From Neoconidiobolus thromboides FSU 785 (lineage: Eukaryota; Fungi; Entomophthoromycota): 64,000 bases of DNA. The translations under genes and the position numbers were made by a program. The notes under the pieces were generated by a model, which was not told where the DNA came from, did no database searches, and was given only the letters and a program-made list of their open reading frames with translations. Position 1 is the stretch's first letter, and each line of letters starts with the position of its first letter. Below are positions 1 to 12,783 of the stretch, piece by piece. The stretch spans positions 1-64,000 of the forward strand of contig MU626359.1 in NCBI GenBank assembly GCA_025603075.1. Direction: 5' to 3'.

Positions 1-935
1 CTTTTATCATATTGTGATTTTAATATCTGTTGAATTCCTTGTTTTCTTTTACTCTCTTTTTTTATAGCTCCTTTTTTTTCATTCATTCCGTTTTTTTGTT
101 GAAGAATAATTAGGTTACGATTTGTTTAATGGTGCTTGGAAAACAGGCTGAATTTTGAGCCAATTAAAAAAGAGACGTTTTTAACTAGGGGAAATCGAAA
201 AATTGAAACTAAAAGATAAACCAAACTTCTAGCTAAACTTATAATCTTAATTAGGTTATTAAAATAGCTTGAGTTTTGAAAATACAATAATAAATAATAC
301 TTAAAAATACACAAATTTTTAAATTACCTGTGTTGTTTTTTGGTGACTATATAGAATTTACTCAATGCTCATTTAGTGATAAAATATAATAAATTTTATA
401 ATAAACAGTTAATTTTGACTATTTTTCCATTATTTATATTTAACTTATTGATGTGTAATAAAGTATTAAAGAAATGTTTAAAAAATAAACAGTATTTATA
501 ACAATAATTAAAATACATTGCTTTTATTAACTGCAATGCTACTTTGATTATTTTATCTATATCTGGTTTACATAGTCTTTTATCCTTTTCCATATACCAT
601 GATATCGAACAACATAATTTAAATACAGACCCAATAGTACACAATAATTATTCAAATTTAAAAAGCAGTGAGATGGTAATGTTAAACTGTTTCCCTTCAG
701 TTAGCTCAATAAGACAACTATTGGTTGAATATTACTTAAATCAATTTTTAATTAATTTGGTTGGAAGAGCTAATAATTTATTTTCCAGAAATTCTTTTAA
801 CTTTAATAAACTTTATTGTTACCGACTCAATTTAAAGCAATTAACATATTGGATAAATTGATATTATATCTCTTTTCTTATTTAAAAAGTGATCATAAAT
901 AGTATTCGTAGTGTATTAAATTTTTCAAAAGAAAC

Positions 936-1041
936 ACATGGGGATGTTTTTTTTGATTCCATTACTTTTCCATTTTTTAAGCGCTATTTGAGTGGAAAAA
1001 TTATTAGTAAAATTCATAAACGAAAAAATACATCCTCACAT
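936..1041 (-). mobile_element. MITE copy 1 (98-bp GGGG/CCCC family)
   Basis: GGGGATGTTTTTTTTG...AATACATCCTC with family core AAGCGCTATTTGAGTGGAAAAA; flanked by direct repeat ACAT/ACAT. Confidence 0.85.
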
Positions 1042-4000
1042 GTAAATTGTGACATAGTAGTGTAAGCATTCATATTCCCTTTTACAGCAGGAGCTTTTAT
1101 CTCAACTAATAATACTCTAATGAGTAATGAATTCAAGCGTTGATTTAGTGCATCACTTAAAAGGAAAATAGGTGTGTAGATTAAATATCATAAGAGTACG
1201 AAACATTTTAATAAGAAAAATAGATATTATTAGAACATTGGAATTAAATTGGCCACTACTTGTATAGATCTTTGCCTAACAAATATTTATAGCTTAAACT
1301 AAACTGTTTTCACCCTTTTTTTCTGTTTTCTCTTTATTTGATTGAAATAATACAAATGTTTGTGACCGGGAACCTTTGGTATTATATATTATTAGTTTTC
1401 GCTTGTCTTTTTGATCCTTTGCAGATGATAATCCCTTTTTGTACATCAATTACAACTAGTTACTGATAAATCAAAATTTCTTTTCCTATTATAATACTGA
1501 TCATAGGCTGGCCTAGCTCTAGCTTGATTTATTCAATAATGGTTTACTCACCTTAATTATGGATGTTTAAAAAGTACTAGCTTGACTTTATATTTTTATG
1601 AAGTATGATTAATACTGTAGAAGGTCATGTAAATCCCTTAAATAGAAATCCAAATGCAGTTAATACAATATTAAAAAACATTAACTGTATTAGAGCAATC
1701 AATACGCATTAGTTTATACCCAAAACTCTTTTTTCAGTTTGATCTTTTACAAATCTATAATTTAAACAGTAAAATAATTGCTTTATTACTTAATTTAGAA
1801 ATAAGTTATGTAAATTTCGTAAATTTCGTAAATTTGAACCAATTAAAATGTTGATTTTTTTTAGTTTGGGCAAATTTTTAAACTCAACTATATAAAAACA
1901 AAGTAGAAAAGAGAAAAATAATTTTTTTGCGTATTGAAAATATTACATATTTAAATAACTTTCAGAAACTGATATCAGTTTCATTTTTTATAGACTTTAT
2001 AAAAAATCAAAATAAAGCAACATGAATCTAAACTGACACGCGTCAATTTACTTAAAGATTAATTTATTACTGAAATTTATCACTTCAATAACAGTATAAC
2101 AATTGAATGTGATCCATTTGCCGATTCAATTGTTTTTAATTAACCCCAGACAAAAATTGACTTTCACGGCCATAAACTCCTCATACTATTACTTAAGAAT
2201 TAGTAATCAACTACCTCATATCATATTTCATTCTTCAATTGGGACTAGGAATTTAATTCAAGTCGATTTTTATTGCAATAAAGTTAGATTGATAGAGATT
2301 GATAGAGTCAAGAGTTATAACATATTAATACTTTCAAAAAGATTAGTAATTGAGATAAGAAGTTTTTTTTTTGAAACTACCTGTGATAAAACCACGGCTA
2401 ATGGAATAGTTTTTACGGCTAAAAAATTTAATTCAACTAGTAATTTAATCTTGCTAAACTCTTAGGTCATAGAATAATTAATAATTCAAAATGACAGTCT
2501 GAATTTAAAGATGCTATTTTTATCAACAAAAATATGATAAAATACAATAAACATTGTATAACTTATAACAGTTATTAATCGAAAGTATAGAGATAGATTT
2601 TAAAAATAGAACACAGGCCATGCCCAGCATTTAAGTTATAAATTTTCATGGCGTTTCTTAACCTTTTAAAACTTCTAAATTATTCTGTCTAGGCTTAAGA
2701 TGGGTTAATAGGAAACTCACTAACTCATTGATTGGTCACGACTTACAGCTATTGCAGCTCTATTACGAATTAACTAGTAATTCTTTTAAGAATAATGTTT
2801 TACTAAAGCCTTGCTAAAAATTGAAGACTAGGCTTTAAAGAAGCTAAACGAATAAATAACTGGATTTAAAAATACCACAAATTAGGTCGCAAAAGAGCTG
2901 TAATTAATAAAAAGAATAGTCGAATATTCTTGAGATGCGGTCAAAATCAATTCCAGATTTATCAGGTGTTAGCTCGAGTCTAAGTGATAAGGTAAATATA
3001 TCGGACGTTTGGAAACTAAGTTTGGCTTCATTCATTGGATACAACACATTAGAAACAAACTACTAAAGAGCTGCTAACTAATTATTAATATACTATATAG
3101 CTGTGTAATACTCATTAATTTTGAATTAGAAAATGAACCAAACTTGAAATTCTTATGCGAAACTTTAATTACTAGATCTAAGTTTGGTAATTTCCAACTT
3201 TTCATAAACACTGTCGGTTTATTTGTTCCACATTTATTGCAGTTTATGTTACTATTTTGCAAGCGGATGATTTTTATCTCACTAATTAAGCTCTAGATTT
3301 AAGTTTTAATGTAACAGATTACCTCTTAATATTCACTCACTTCATATTAATCTGGGTCTAAATAAAACGAAGCTGTGGACTTTAAGGTGCTGTTATTAAT
3401 GTATCCCTGTTGTGTTACGTTTAATGTTCCTATCACAATGTCACAAGATAAATAAAGGTGATATAGGGAATTGCTTAATAATGCTTGCTAATGCCCAACT
3501 TTTCATTTTATTTTTCCATAAGCCTTTAGCCCGGAAAATTGCTATTAACTTTAGTTTACCCAAAGCTTGACATTGATTGCCCAAAAAATTTCATTTTAAG
3601 CCAATCAATTAAGAAGAAGTCAAATTAATAAATCAAATCTTATTAAAATTATTAGCTAATCAGTTCCAAATATACTTTTTAACCAATAAAATGCTTTTGA
3701 TGGCTTAAAGTTAAATCATTTTGAGACTTCTAAATGACCGAACTAATAAAATTGAAATGTGTAACTAAGCTCGGGTCAATTGAGGTTTACGGGTTATTTA
3801 AGAAGCCGATTTTTGGAAAAGTATTTACCAATTTTGAAACTTCGGTTAATAAGTGGTTGGTTTATTTAAAACCAAAAATAACTTGAACTTTCGAAATAGA
3901 AGGCGAAAGTAAATAATAAATGATTAAAATAATTGAGAATAAATATGAAGTAAAATTTTGTTTTTATTTACAAAATTAAAAGCTAGTCATTATACTAGAT

Positions 4001-4114
4001 CTATTACTCCTAATCTTGTAAATCTCAAGATAATAATTAGGATAAAGGAATAAATAAAGAACTGTTTTGTAGTAGAAGCTTATAAGCACGGCTTAAAAAG
4101 TTGAGAATATCAAA

Positions 4115-4684
4115 TTATTGTAATGGGTTGGCACTAAATTTTAAAGAGTAACGTGCAAGGTCATTGACCTCAAGAAGAAATATTGGGCTTTGGCGAGGGT
4201 TACGATATGATTGATCAAGCTGTGTATACCTATACTCATCTTGACCATAAATGTGTTCATGTTGAGGGGCAGTGTAATTTAGATGTGTTATTGGAGATGG
4301 AGCTGGTACTCTACTTGGACTAAAGTCACCATGTGGTTGTAAAAGCATGGTTGGTGATGAGGTAGATGTAATTAATGGAGTCGATTCCATAGCTATCCTT
4401 GGTCGAGTAGTAACTGAAGAGATATCTTCGGAAGTTGATTCTTCAACAGCTCTTTTCTTTTTGCGGCCTCGACATTTTGGTGGTTCTTCATATTGACATG
4501 TCAAATTACGTTTTGAGCATGCTTTACAAGAGGAGCCACCAGACACTGTTTCGCATCTTACTTTTCTTTTTCTACAATGATCACATGCTCTGTGACCGGA
4601 AGGGGAAAGAGTAATAGCTGAGGAACCCTCAGCATCGGTACATTGCTTTTTAGTTCTTTTTGAAGTGAAGTTGGTTTTAGCCAT
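4115..4684 (-). CDS. Zn(II)2Cys6 (GAL4-type) transcription factor, short, no obvious middle homology region
   Basis: ACDHCRKRKVRC-x8-CKACSKRNLTC six-Cys binuclear cluster followed by basic RGRKKKR; 189-aa ORF. Confidence 0.85.
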   Translation of the reverse strand: MAKTNFTSKRTKKQCTDAEGSSAITLSPSGHRACDHCRKRKVRCETVSGGSSCKACSKRNLTCQYEEPPKCRGRKKKRAVEESTSEDISSVTTRPRIAMESTPLITSTSSPTMLLQPHGDFSPSRVPAPSPITHLNYTAPQHEHIYGQDEYRYTQLDQSYRNPRQSPIFLLEVNDLARYSLKFSANPLQ

Positions 4685-7600
4685 TATGTAGTGTAGATTT
4701 TGTTGAAATAAATTTAAAAATCCAAATTAAAATTGAGCTCTATTTATACTTTTCGAATGCCAAGTTGAGATGAAATTTTCCATTAATTTCATCATAAATT
4801 AAATTTTAAATAGCCGATAAATACCAAATTTAAATAAGAGATATGCAGTATTTTATTGGTTGAGGCTTTAAAATTATAAACGCGGGCTAAATTTTATCCA
4901 GCTTACTATCACACTATGGAAAAACAATAGGAAGGTTAAATTTCAATGATGCTAAAATAGGGCATCTATTTTTAGTTACAAGTAATTTACAGTCTCGATT
5001 TATTGATATTTTTAATTGGAGGTAGTAGACATTAGACCAATAGGAAGATTATCAATCATTAGGTTTGTGGGCGGGCAATAAATAAGTTGAAGAATAAAAT
5101 CTTAGAAATTAAACATAGAATGAAAATTCAAAACAGAGGAAATAGGTGTTAAATGAGAAATGGGAGTTTTATTTGATATTTGATAAGAATATACCATCAT
5201 GACTTGGTTTCATTGTATCTTGTTAAGGCTTATAACACATATAAATTATTGTAAGAACTAAGGACGATAATAATCCAATTCTCAATGGGCAAAGCATGTC
5301 GCAGCATGTTCATTGAATTAAGCATAGATACCTAATTGGGAAATTCAAGCCCTCTTTTTAACGGAAACTAAACAATTAATTCATTAGGTTATTATTAATC
5401 AACTATATGATAATGAAAATAGGCTAAACATTTATTATAAATTGTATTATAAGACTATTAACCAGGATCATATTGAATTTTATTAATATAAATATATATA
5501 TCAAATGTATTTTATATAAATATTAGTACAAAATAGCTATTGTATATTTTGAATAGATTTACTAGTTTCACAACAATTCAATTTATTATTATGAATATTG
5601 GTGGTTAAATTTAACCGGATTATAGCTTAAAGTCCACATAGTTTGCTTATTAAAGAATAAGCTTAATACTTATACTATTTGGCACTACTTTCTATTAGTA
5701 AACAAATTTAAGATATTTGATTGTTATAAATTCCTACTACTCGTTTACTATCAACTAATACTTAGTGGTAAATTTCAAATTTCGGAAACCTGTTTACCCA
5801 TCCATGACCATCATTAAAGAACAAATCCATTATTTAATTACATTATTTGAAAAAGCATCAAACGTGTATATTTATTATATAGAAAATAATAAAGGACTTT
5901 ATTGTATTATTTATGTGAAAACACACTAAATTCCATTGCTTTTGTACTTAGTATTTGTAATAATAATTTATATTGTACAGTGCTTTTTATAGAATATTAA
6001 AAAATCTGTACTAAAATTTTATTGCTAAAAGTGGTAGACTAGCCAGTTTAGTTTCCATCTTAATTTCGCCTTAATGCTTAGAAATCAAGGATAAAAGAAA
6101 ACGACCATTAAATGAACATAAAAGCGAATATTGGAAAATCAAAGTTACCTTCGGTAAAAAAAAGGTGGTAGATTTCAAGTTTTTTTTATTCATTTATAAC
6201 TCTAAAAACTACCATTTTTAAAAAAAATTCATTTATTTTTTAATATTTTTATCTTAAAATGCCTATTTATTTTTTTAATTTTTGGGCAAGCATGCACTGT
6301 CATCTGCTCAATCACTTGCTTGTTTTTAGAAATTTCGGCTCATTGTTGAATTTAGGCTTTAATTTGTTTACAAGTTGAAATTCAACGTTAGATAATATAT
6401 ATTCATTATGCATCCATTGTTCTTGTTACTAGGTAAAATAGGATATATTTAGTATATTTAAATGCTATTATATGGTATTATGTAATTGTTTATTTAATGT
6501 TAATTCATATTTTAATTTCATAATCTAGAATTCACCTATTTAATAAAACTCTTTGTGGTTAAAAGCGAGTTTGTAGTCAATTTATTTTATTCAATTAGCG
6601 AAGTTTCATACAAACTATTTGAATTTAGTAAATATGTTTAAACAATCCAGTACTAAGCTAATAATAAATCCATTTATTAATTTAAATAGCTCTACTTTAT
6701 ACTTCACACATTTGGCAAACATTCCTTATAATAATAAAGCACTTAGAGGTTTATACTCTTTTGAGATTTTTTAAAAAAACAACTTAGATAGTTTATGCCT
6801 TTACTTTTTTTATTAATCACATTTATTTATTGATCTCATCTGATTTCTAATTTTACAATATAATAAAGACTCAATCATTTTTAAATTCAAAGTTTATAAG
6901 GGCTTTGTGCTTTATTCAGTAGAAGACAAATATTATTCTGTTTAAAACGATGAAAAATAAAACGCGGATAGTCTTTGAAGGATTGTAATGGTAGGTCGAT
7001 AGTAGCCATTCCCAAATTACTGGAAGTTCATAAAATGAGCCCTTTCAAGAGAAGGTCATATTCAGAAGTGAATCGATGTAAGGGAAGTTTAAATTTGAGT
7101 GATTAGGTTACCAAATTTTTAAACTTGAAGATGTTCAATCTTTGGTTACACATATATATAAAGTCATATTGTGGATCAATTAGTTTACAGGTTTTTTACT
7201 AGCCTTGTCGAACTCTTTATTCCACATCTTGATTTCGATAAATATTTTGATTCTTTGCTTCTTATAGTTCTTTTGTAGACTGTTTTACTCACCAGCTTAT
7301 TTAATTTAACAATATAAACTATAATAACAGTCAATTTTTAATGAGTTATGTACATATTTTCGAATATTTGATTTTTCTAAATTATAAATTTTTATTTTTG
7401 TTAATTTATATTATTTAGACAAACTTGAAACGTTTTTTTAAAATTTACAAAATACAACAATATACTATATTCATAAAGGATAGCAAGCTATGGATAAGCT
7501 TAAATGTAAACTATATCTAAAAGCTGTTTAAGAGAATCTACATAGAATGTAGTATTCCATTAAATCTTTGTTCATTTTTCAATCAGATTAACCTTTATAA

Positions 7601-8140
7601 AGAAAGATAAGATTGATTCTTTAGCATAAATCATGCCCATATATGGCATTTTTATACAAGATACAGGTGCCTTCTGCAAGAGATTTACAATCTTATAGCT
7701 AAATTTTACTCTTATTTAAATGTACTAAAGCCAAAAGTTTGTATAGCAATATATATTATAGAATTTACAAACGAATAAGGCTATCTATTATGATATCAGG
7801 GTAAGAAGGAAGTGGATTTTAACTATCAATAATTTTCTAAAGTGAATAGTTCTATCTATGCAAAACAAATTCTTTGACTGACAAAGGTTCTACGCAAAAA
7901 ATAGAACTAGAACATGAGGAACAAATATTTTATTGCATTATTAATTGATCAGTTAAAAATAAAATGTAAATTATTTTATTCGTAAAAATAATAGAAATTA
8001 TTGAATCAATTACATTCACTAATTATATTAATTTATTTTAATAAAATAAGATGTATTTTTATAAAATACCAGAGTTTAAAGTCAGTCAAATTTGTAAACA
8101 AAACATATGATAGCACAACAATTTTTATATTAATAATAAC

Positions 8141-8477
8141 ATGAACACTTATTTTATTTGATATATATCATTATATTTCCTATATTCCTGCTTTAGCCAC
8201 TGCTTCTACTTATGATGACTACAACGGTGGTAATGATCCATATCGAAAACTAAAACCAAATAAACCACAAAAAAAACAATGAAATGCTAAAACAGTAACA
8301 AAGGTCGTTTATCACACAAAGGCTATATCGTCTTATACCAACCCAGTTCCAACTAAGTTGACAGATAGTCCATATGGCAAACCAAAAGATAAGCCATACG
8401 TTAAACCAAAGAGTAAGAAACCAAAGAAAAGTAACTATAGGAATGACTATGGAGATAATTGTGAAGTTATCTATTAA
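8141..8477 (+). pseudogene. Decayed small secreted-type protein gene (Y/K/P-rich), copy 1
   Basis: Frame from ~8184 reads IPALATASTYDDYNGGNDPYRKLKPNKPQKKQ*NAKTVTKVVYHTKAISSYTNPVP...CEVIY*; ATG at 8141 is out of frame and hits a stop; paralog at ~10140. Confidence 0.5.
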
Positions 8478-9100
8478 ATGAGTATTTAAAAGTAAGATGA
8501 GCTCAATGTTTTCGCTTTTGATATAGAGTCTATTAGATTTTAACTGTTTTAACTTCTCATCTAAGCTTGATTAAATTACTTGATTGAATTTTTTATAACA
8601 TTGCAATACCTTTAACTTATAATAAACAGATTACCTTAAACCAATATACAGCTTTGAAATGAAGCATATTATCATTCTACCTATTAATGTTTACTATAAA
8701 TTTGTTATAAACAACAACAAGCCAAAGTATCATTTTAGACCAGCGATAATGATTTATCAAATTTTGCCTAAGTCCATCTTTACATTTGAACATTGTTCTG
8801 AGCTAATGGTTAATACAATATACTTAGTAATAGTTGATATATAGTTTAAAAAAGTACGAAGTGAAAATGATTGCTTTGGTTATTATAATAGTAAAAGCTT
8901 TTGTAATTTAACATAGATGCAGTTAAAAAGTAAACTAATATTAATAAAGTATCTATTGTTAATGAAACTGTAACAGTTAAATATAACTAAAATTTAATGT
9001 GATTTTTTAGGTGATGAAATTATTTTTCCATAAAAAATCGGTTTTTTTCAATCAGTTTTTTTATTTAATACATAATAATGCCAAAAAAAAATAGATCATA

Positions 9101-9213
9101 ATATGGGGATGGATATGTATCTTTGTATTTAAGAATTTTATTAACAAATTTTCCGCTCAAATAGCGCTTAAAAAATGGAAAAAATAATGAAGTCAAAAAA
9201 AACACTCCCACAT
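9101..9213 (+). mobile_element. MITE copy 2
   Basis: ATAT-GGGGAT, short internal duplication, full core, ends AAAAAAACACTCCC. Confidence 0.85.
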
Positions 9214-9743
9214 ATTGTCAGCAAAAGTTGTAAATGAATAAAGAATTATTTGTCATGATATCAGATAAAAAGAAAAGAAGTCTCATTAATCCAAACCATC
9301 TTTAAATTAAGTAACCCTAATTGCTAAACAACTTGATTGTGTAACTAGTGAAAATCCTTGCTCAATAAATAAAACTATAACCAAAACCAATTTCAGCCGC
9401 TAACTTGATTTAGTACAAGGAGCTATTATTTATAAGTGAACCGTTTCCTTCTTATGCCGCCTCATTTTTGTCTCTTATTTCTATCCGTGTTGTTTGACTA
9501 ATTCGCCATCACTATTGTAAAATAGCATTTGGATTGCAAAAAGGCCCTCACTATTATATGGACTTCCGTTGAAGAATGAAAATCCTTTCCAAGAGTTCAT
9601 CTGGTCTTGGTGTCTCTACTGTCTCAAATGTTCTTGCATCCTTATATTGATTTTCTAGATTTTTAGATCTTAATAAACACTGCTTTAGACACGTAACTCA
9701 AAAAAATCTCCTAATTTACATTATTAATTGGAGAATTAATAAT

Positions 9744-9848
9744 ATATGGGGATGTTTTTTTGATTTTATTACCTTTCCCTTTTTTAAGTGCTATTTGGGT
9801 GGAAAGATTGTTAATAAAATTCTTAAACAAAAAAATACATCCCCATAT
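9744..9848 (-). mobile_element. MITE copy 3
   Basis: Both TIRs intact, ATAT/ATAT flanks. Confidence 0.9.
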
Positions 9849-10140
9849 TGACAATTCAATAGACTCATTAATTATAGAAATAGTCAAAATAATTTTGTCA
9901 TTTTATTAAATATTTTAAATAGTATATTAAAAACAAACATATAACTAATCGGTTATATTTGATTAATTGATATATGTAGAGTATTTGATGTATTTCTCTG
10001 ATGCAATGAATTATATGATATACAGACGACTATGTTTTCATAGATGTATATAATACAAGAGCGTTGAAGTTTATGGTTATAATATTTAGCAAAATCAATG
10101 AATTTTATTTTAATGATAATAACTATTACTCACTCGTTAT

Positions 10141-10606
10141 GGAGTAATTAGTATAACTTCTCCCATTCCACTTTAACTACAAATCTTTGTATATAATAGT
10201 TACAATGGGATTAATGATCTTTGTAGACGAAGTAAACCATAAAAACAACAATCCTATAACAAAACAGCAACTAAGACCATCTACTAAACAAAGAGTGTGT
10301 CATTTTGTGCTGATTCGATTCTAATCCCTCATATCAAACAATTGAAAGGTATCATTTATAGAAAGAAAAAGAGCCATGACAGTAAAAGTGGAAGTGTTAT
10401 TAAAAATGAGAAAGATCTATACAGTTTATATCTACTATAATTAAAGTCATCTAATACATAAATACATACATACTAAATTCAAATCCATCAAAAAGCTGAT
10501 ATCCAACTAGCCTACTGGCGGTAGTTCAAATAATAGGCCAAAAGAGGAAGGTCCAAGCCATCCATATGATCAATCAAGAGATAGTTCATATAGTAAATTC
10601 AAGTAG
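10141..10606 (+). pseudogene. Decayed small secreted-type protein gene, copy 2
   Basis: YNSYNGINDLCRRSKP*KQQSYNKTATKTIY*TKSVS aligns with the 8141-8477 peptide; multiple stops. Confidence 0.45.
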
Positions 10607-10796
10607 AAATAAACTAAAGTAAAAGCAAATTAAAGAAAGAAGCTAGAGAAAAATCATTGATAGGATATGTACTAATATTAATTCGTTATGAGGGGTCAAA
10701 AAGTATTTGATGTTCTTTCTTACTTTTAATGTAATAAAATTTATTCAACTAATATTCAATTATCCATGAATTTATTTTATAACGTATAAAATTTTA

Positions 10797-10899
10797 ATAT
10801 GGGGATGTATTTTTGCATTCAAGAATTTTACTAATTTTTCCACTCAAATAGCGCTTAAAAAGTGGAAAAAGTAATGAAGCCAAAAAAACATCCCCATAT
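10797..10899 (+). mobile_element. MITE copy 4
   Basis: Both TIRs intact, ATAT/ATAT; ~90 bp past the stop of the 10991-12271 gene. Confidence 0.9.
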
Positions 10900-10990
10900 G
10901 TTTAAATTAAATATAATCCCAACTAAATAGATAATATAAATTAAAAAGTAAAAAGAAAGAAATATGAATTTATTTAAACTATACATGAGA

Positions 10991-12271
10991 TTATAAGAAA
11001 GAAAGTTGTACATCTCCGTGTTCGCTTTGAATACTAATTTCATTACCACTATTTTGATTTTCTCCGATATAGCCAGATTTAACTTTTTCTTCATCTTTTA
11101 ACATATGAATAGACTTCTCATTGCTTTTATAATTTAAATTAATTGATCCTTTATTATTAGTTATAAAGAAATTATTATCAAATAAAAAATTAAATTTCAA
11201 TAAAGTCTCTCCGTGACTATTTTTAGTCTGATAATTTAAATCTTTATCGTTTTGTTGAATATCGTTAACGTCTACTTCAATATAACCATGTGAGTTCTTT
11301 AATTGAGTTTTCTTAGTTTTACTTACATTTAACTTAATAGCCCCATGTTCACAATCCACTTTAATTTCATTTAATTTAGAATTGTTTATAATTACATCGC
11401 CGTGTGAATTTTCTGCCTCAACACTTGATAGTGTTGTATTATAGTATTCAATATTTCCATGTTGATTTTTTATTAAAGAAGAATCTATTTTACTCTCCTT
11501 TGTTATCAAATCACCATGAGAACCTTTACTGATGTTGTTTTTAATTGTAACTTTATGGAAAGAAGAATCCCCATGGTCAATGTTTAAAGTATTCGATTCA
11601 ATTTGAGTATCTCTTGCTTCCAAATCACCATGGTTAATATTAAGTTCTGCAGTTTTAATATTATTATTAATCAATTTAACATCTCCATGACTTACACTCA
11701 ATTTCAAATCATTTAAATTCAACTTACCATTAAAATTTAAATCTAAATTGGTTTGATATGTATTCATCCCTAAATAACTAAAAATATCTAAACTTTCAGG
11801 TATTTTAACTATCAAATCTGCTTTAAAACAATCATATCTATCAAAACCACTGACATTATCTCTTCCATCATTTATTGTAAATTTATAAGTGTTATCTTCG
11901 TTAACATAATAAGCTCTTAAAAGATTGATATCAAATTTCTCACTGACAAATAATTTTTTATCAATAATAATTAAATTGGAATCATGACGTTCAAATTTAA
12001 CACTACTATTACGAACATAACCGCCTAAGTTAATAGCTAATGATTTATAACTATTAGTGTCAAATTGGAATTCTTCTTTAATAGAAAATGGTTTTGTTGC
12101 TACACAATCATACATTCTATTGCTGCCAACCAAATTTAAACCAAATAAAATACCCATCAATACTCCTAATGTTACTAATATAATTACAGTACCAATTATA
12201 ATCGTCTTCTTCATTACCCTTGATTTTGCTTTTGGTTGATTACTCTCAACGATGTTACTTTTACTATTCAT
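10991..12271 (-). CDS. Membrane-anchored DUF4097-like (putative adhesin) beta-solenoid protein, His-ladder type, paralog 1
   Basis: 426-aa intronless ORF; basic N-terminus then one TM helix; 19-aa repeats with xHGD turns; co-linear with 12784-13950. Confidence 0.75.
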   Translation of the reverse strand: MNSKSNIVESNQPKAKSRVMKKTIIIGTVIILVTLGVLMGILFGLNLVGSNRMYDCVATKPFSIKEEFQFDTNSYKSLAINLGGYVRNSSVKFERHDSNLIIIDKKLFVSEKFDINLLRAYYVNEDNTYKFTINDGRDNVSGFDRYDCFKADLIVKIPESLDIFSYLGMNTYQTNLDLNFNGKLNLNDLKLSVSHGDVKLINNNIKTAELNINHGDLEARDTQIESNTLNIDHGDSSFHKVTIKNNISKGSHGDLITKESKIDSSLIKNQHGNIEYYNTTLSSVEAENSHGDVIINNSKLNEIKVDCEHGAIKLNVSKTKKTQLKNSHGYIEVDVNDIQQNDKDLNYQTKNSHGETLLKFNFLFDNNFFITNNKGSINLNYKSNEKSIHMLKDEEKVKSGYIGENQNSGNEISIQSEHGDVQLSFL

Positions 12272-12652
12272 TGAATTATTGTTTTTAGGTTAGTTTATCT
12301 TATTTTCAAAGATTTTTTTCACTATTTATAGTTTTGTTTAATATAACGAAATGCCACTACCTAGATAATTATCGCTTCTTTAAAAGCTTGTACTTATTCT
12401 GCCAAGAACACTCATAACCCTTAATACTATTTTGTATTAAATAAATCCAAATTTGGCATTTAGGAAAAAGTTAAGAATTTGGACTCAACTAAATTTAGTA
12501 TTTAGGAAAAAGTTAAGATGTTTGTTTTATATAATTTTTAAGCACTAAATTAAAACTAAATTACTTGTCATATAGATAGTCTATAAATAACTATTCTAAA
12601 ATTATCAAATTGGAAAATTATTATAAATTTGGTTTTATTCATTTGCTTTAAC

Positions 12653-12759
12653 ATATGGGAATGTTTTTTTTGGTTTTATCACTTTTTCCATCTTTTAAAC
12701 ATTGTTTGAGCAGAAAGATTGTTGATAAAATTCTTCAACAAAAAAATACATCTACATAT
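12653..12759 (-). mobile_element. MITE copy 5
   Basis: TIRs slightly diverged, ATAT/ATAT; 25 bp past the stop of the 12784-13950 gene. Confidence 0.85.
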
Positions 12760-12783
12760 GAATTTATTTGAATCGTACATAAA

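Noticed and set aside
396-860. Minus-strand peptide KIIKVALQLIKAMYF...NINNGKIVKI resembling protein kinase subdomains
   Set aside because: No HRD, DFG or Gly-loop motif; several stops; resemblance too weak without a search.
2103-2465. 120-aa ORF on + and a VIV*GVYG stretch on - resembling the Tc1 VWG motif
   Set aside because: No DDE residues or TIRs could be identified; the + ORF has no recognisable features.
12455-12520. Short direct repeat ATTTAGGAAAAAGTTAAGA upstream of DUF4097 paralog 1, plus other tiny tandem repeats (e.g. ~1810-1836)
   Set aside because: Ordinary slippage-scale duplications in AT-rich DNA with no supporting context.
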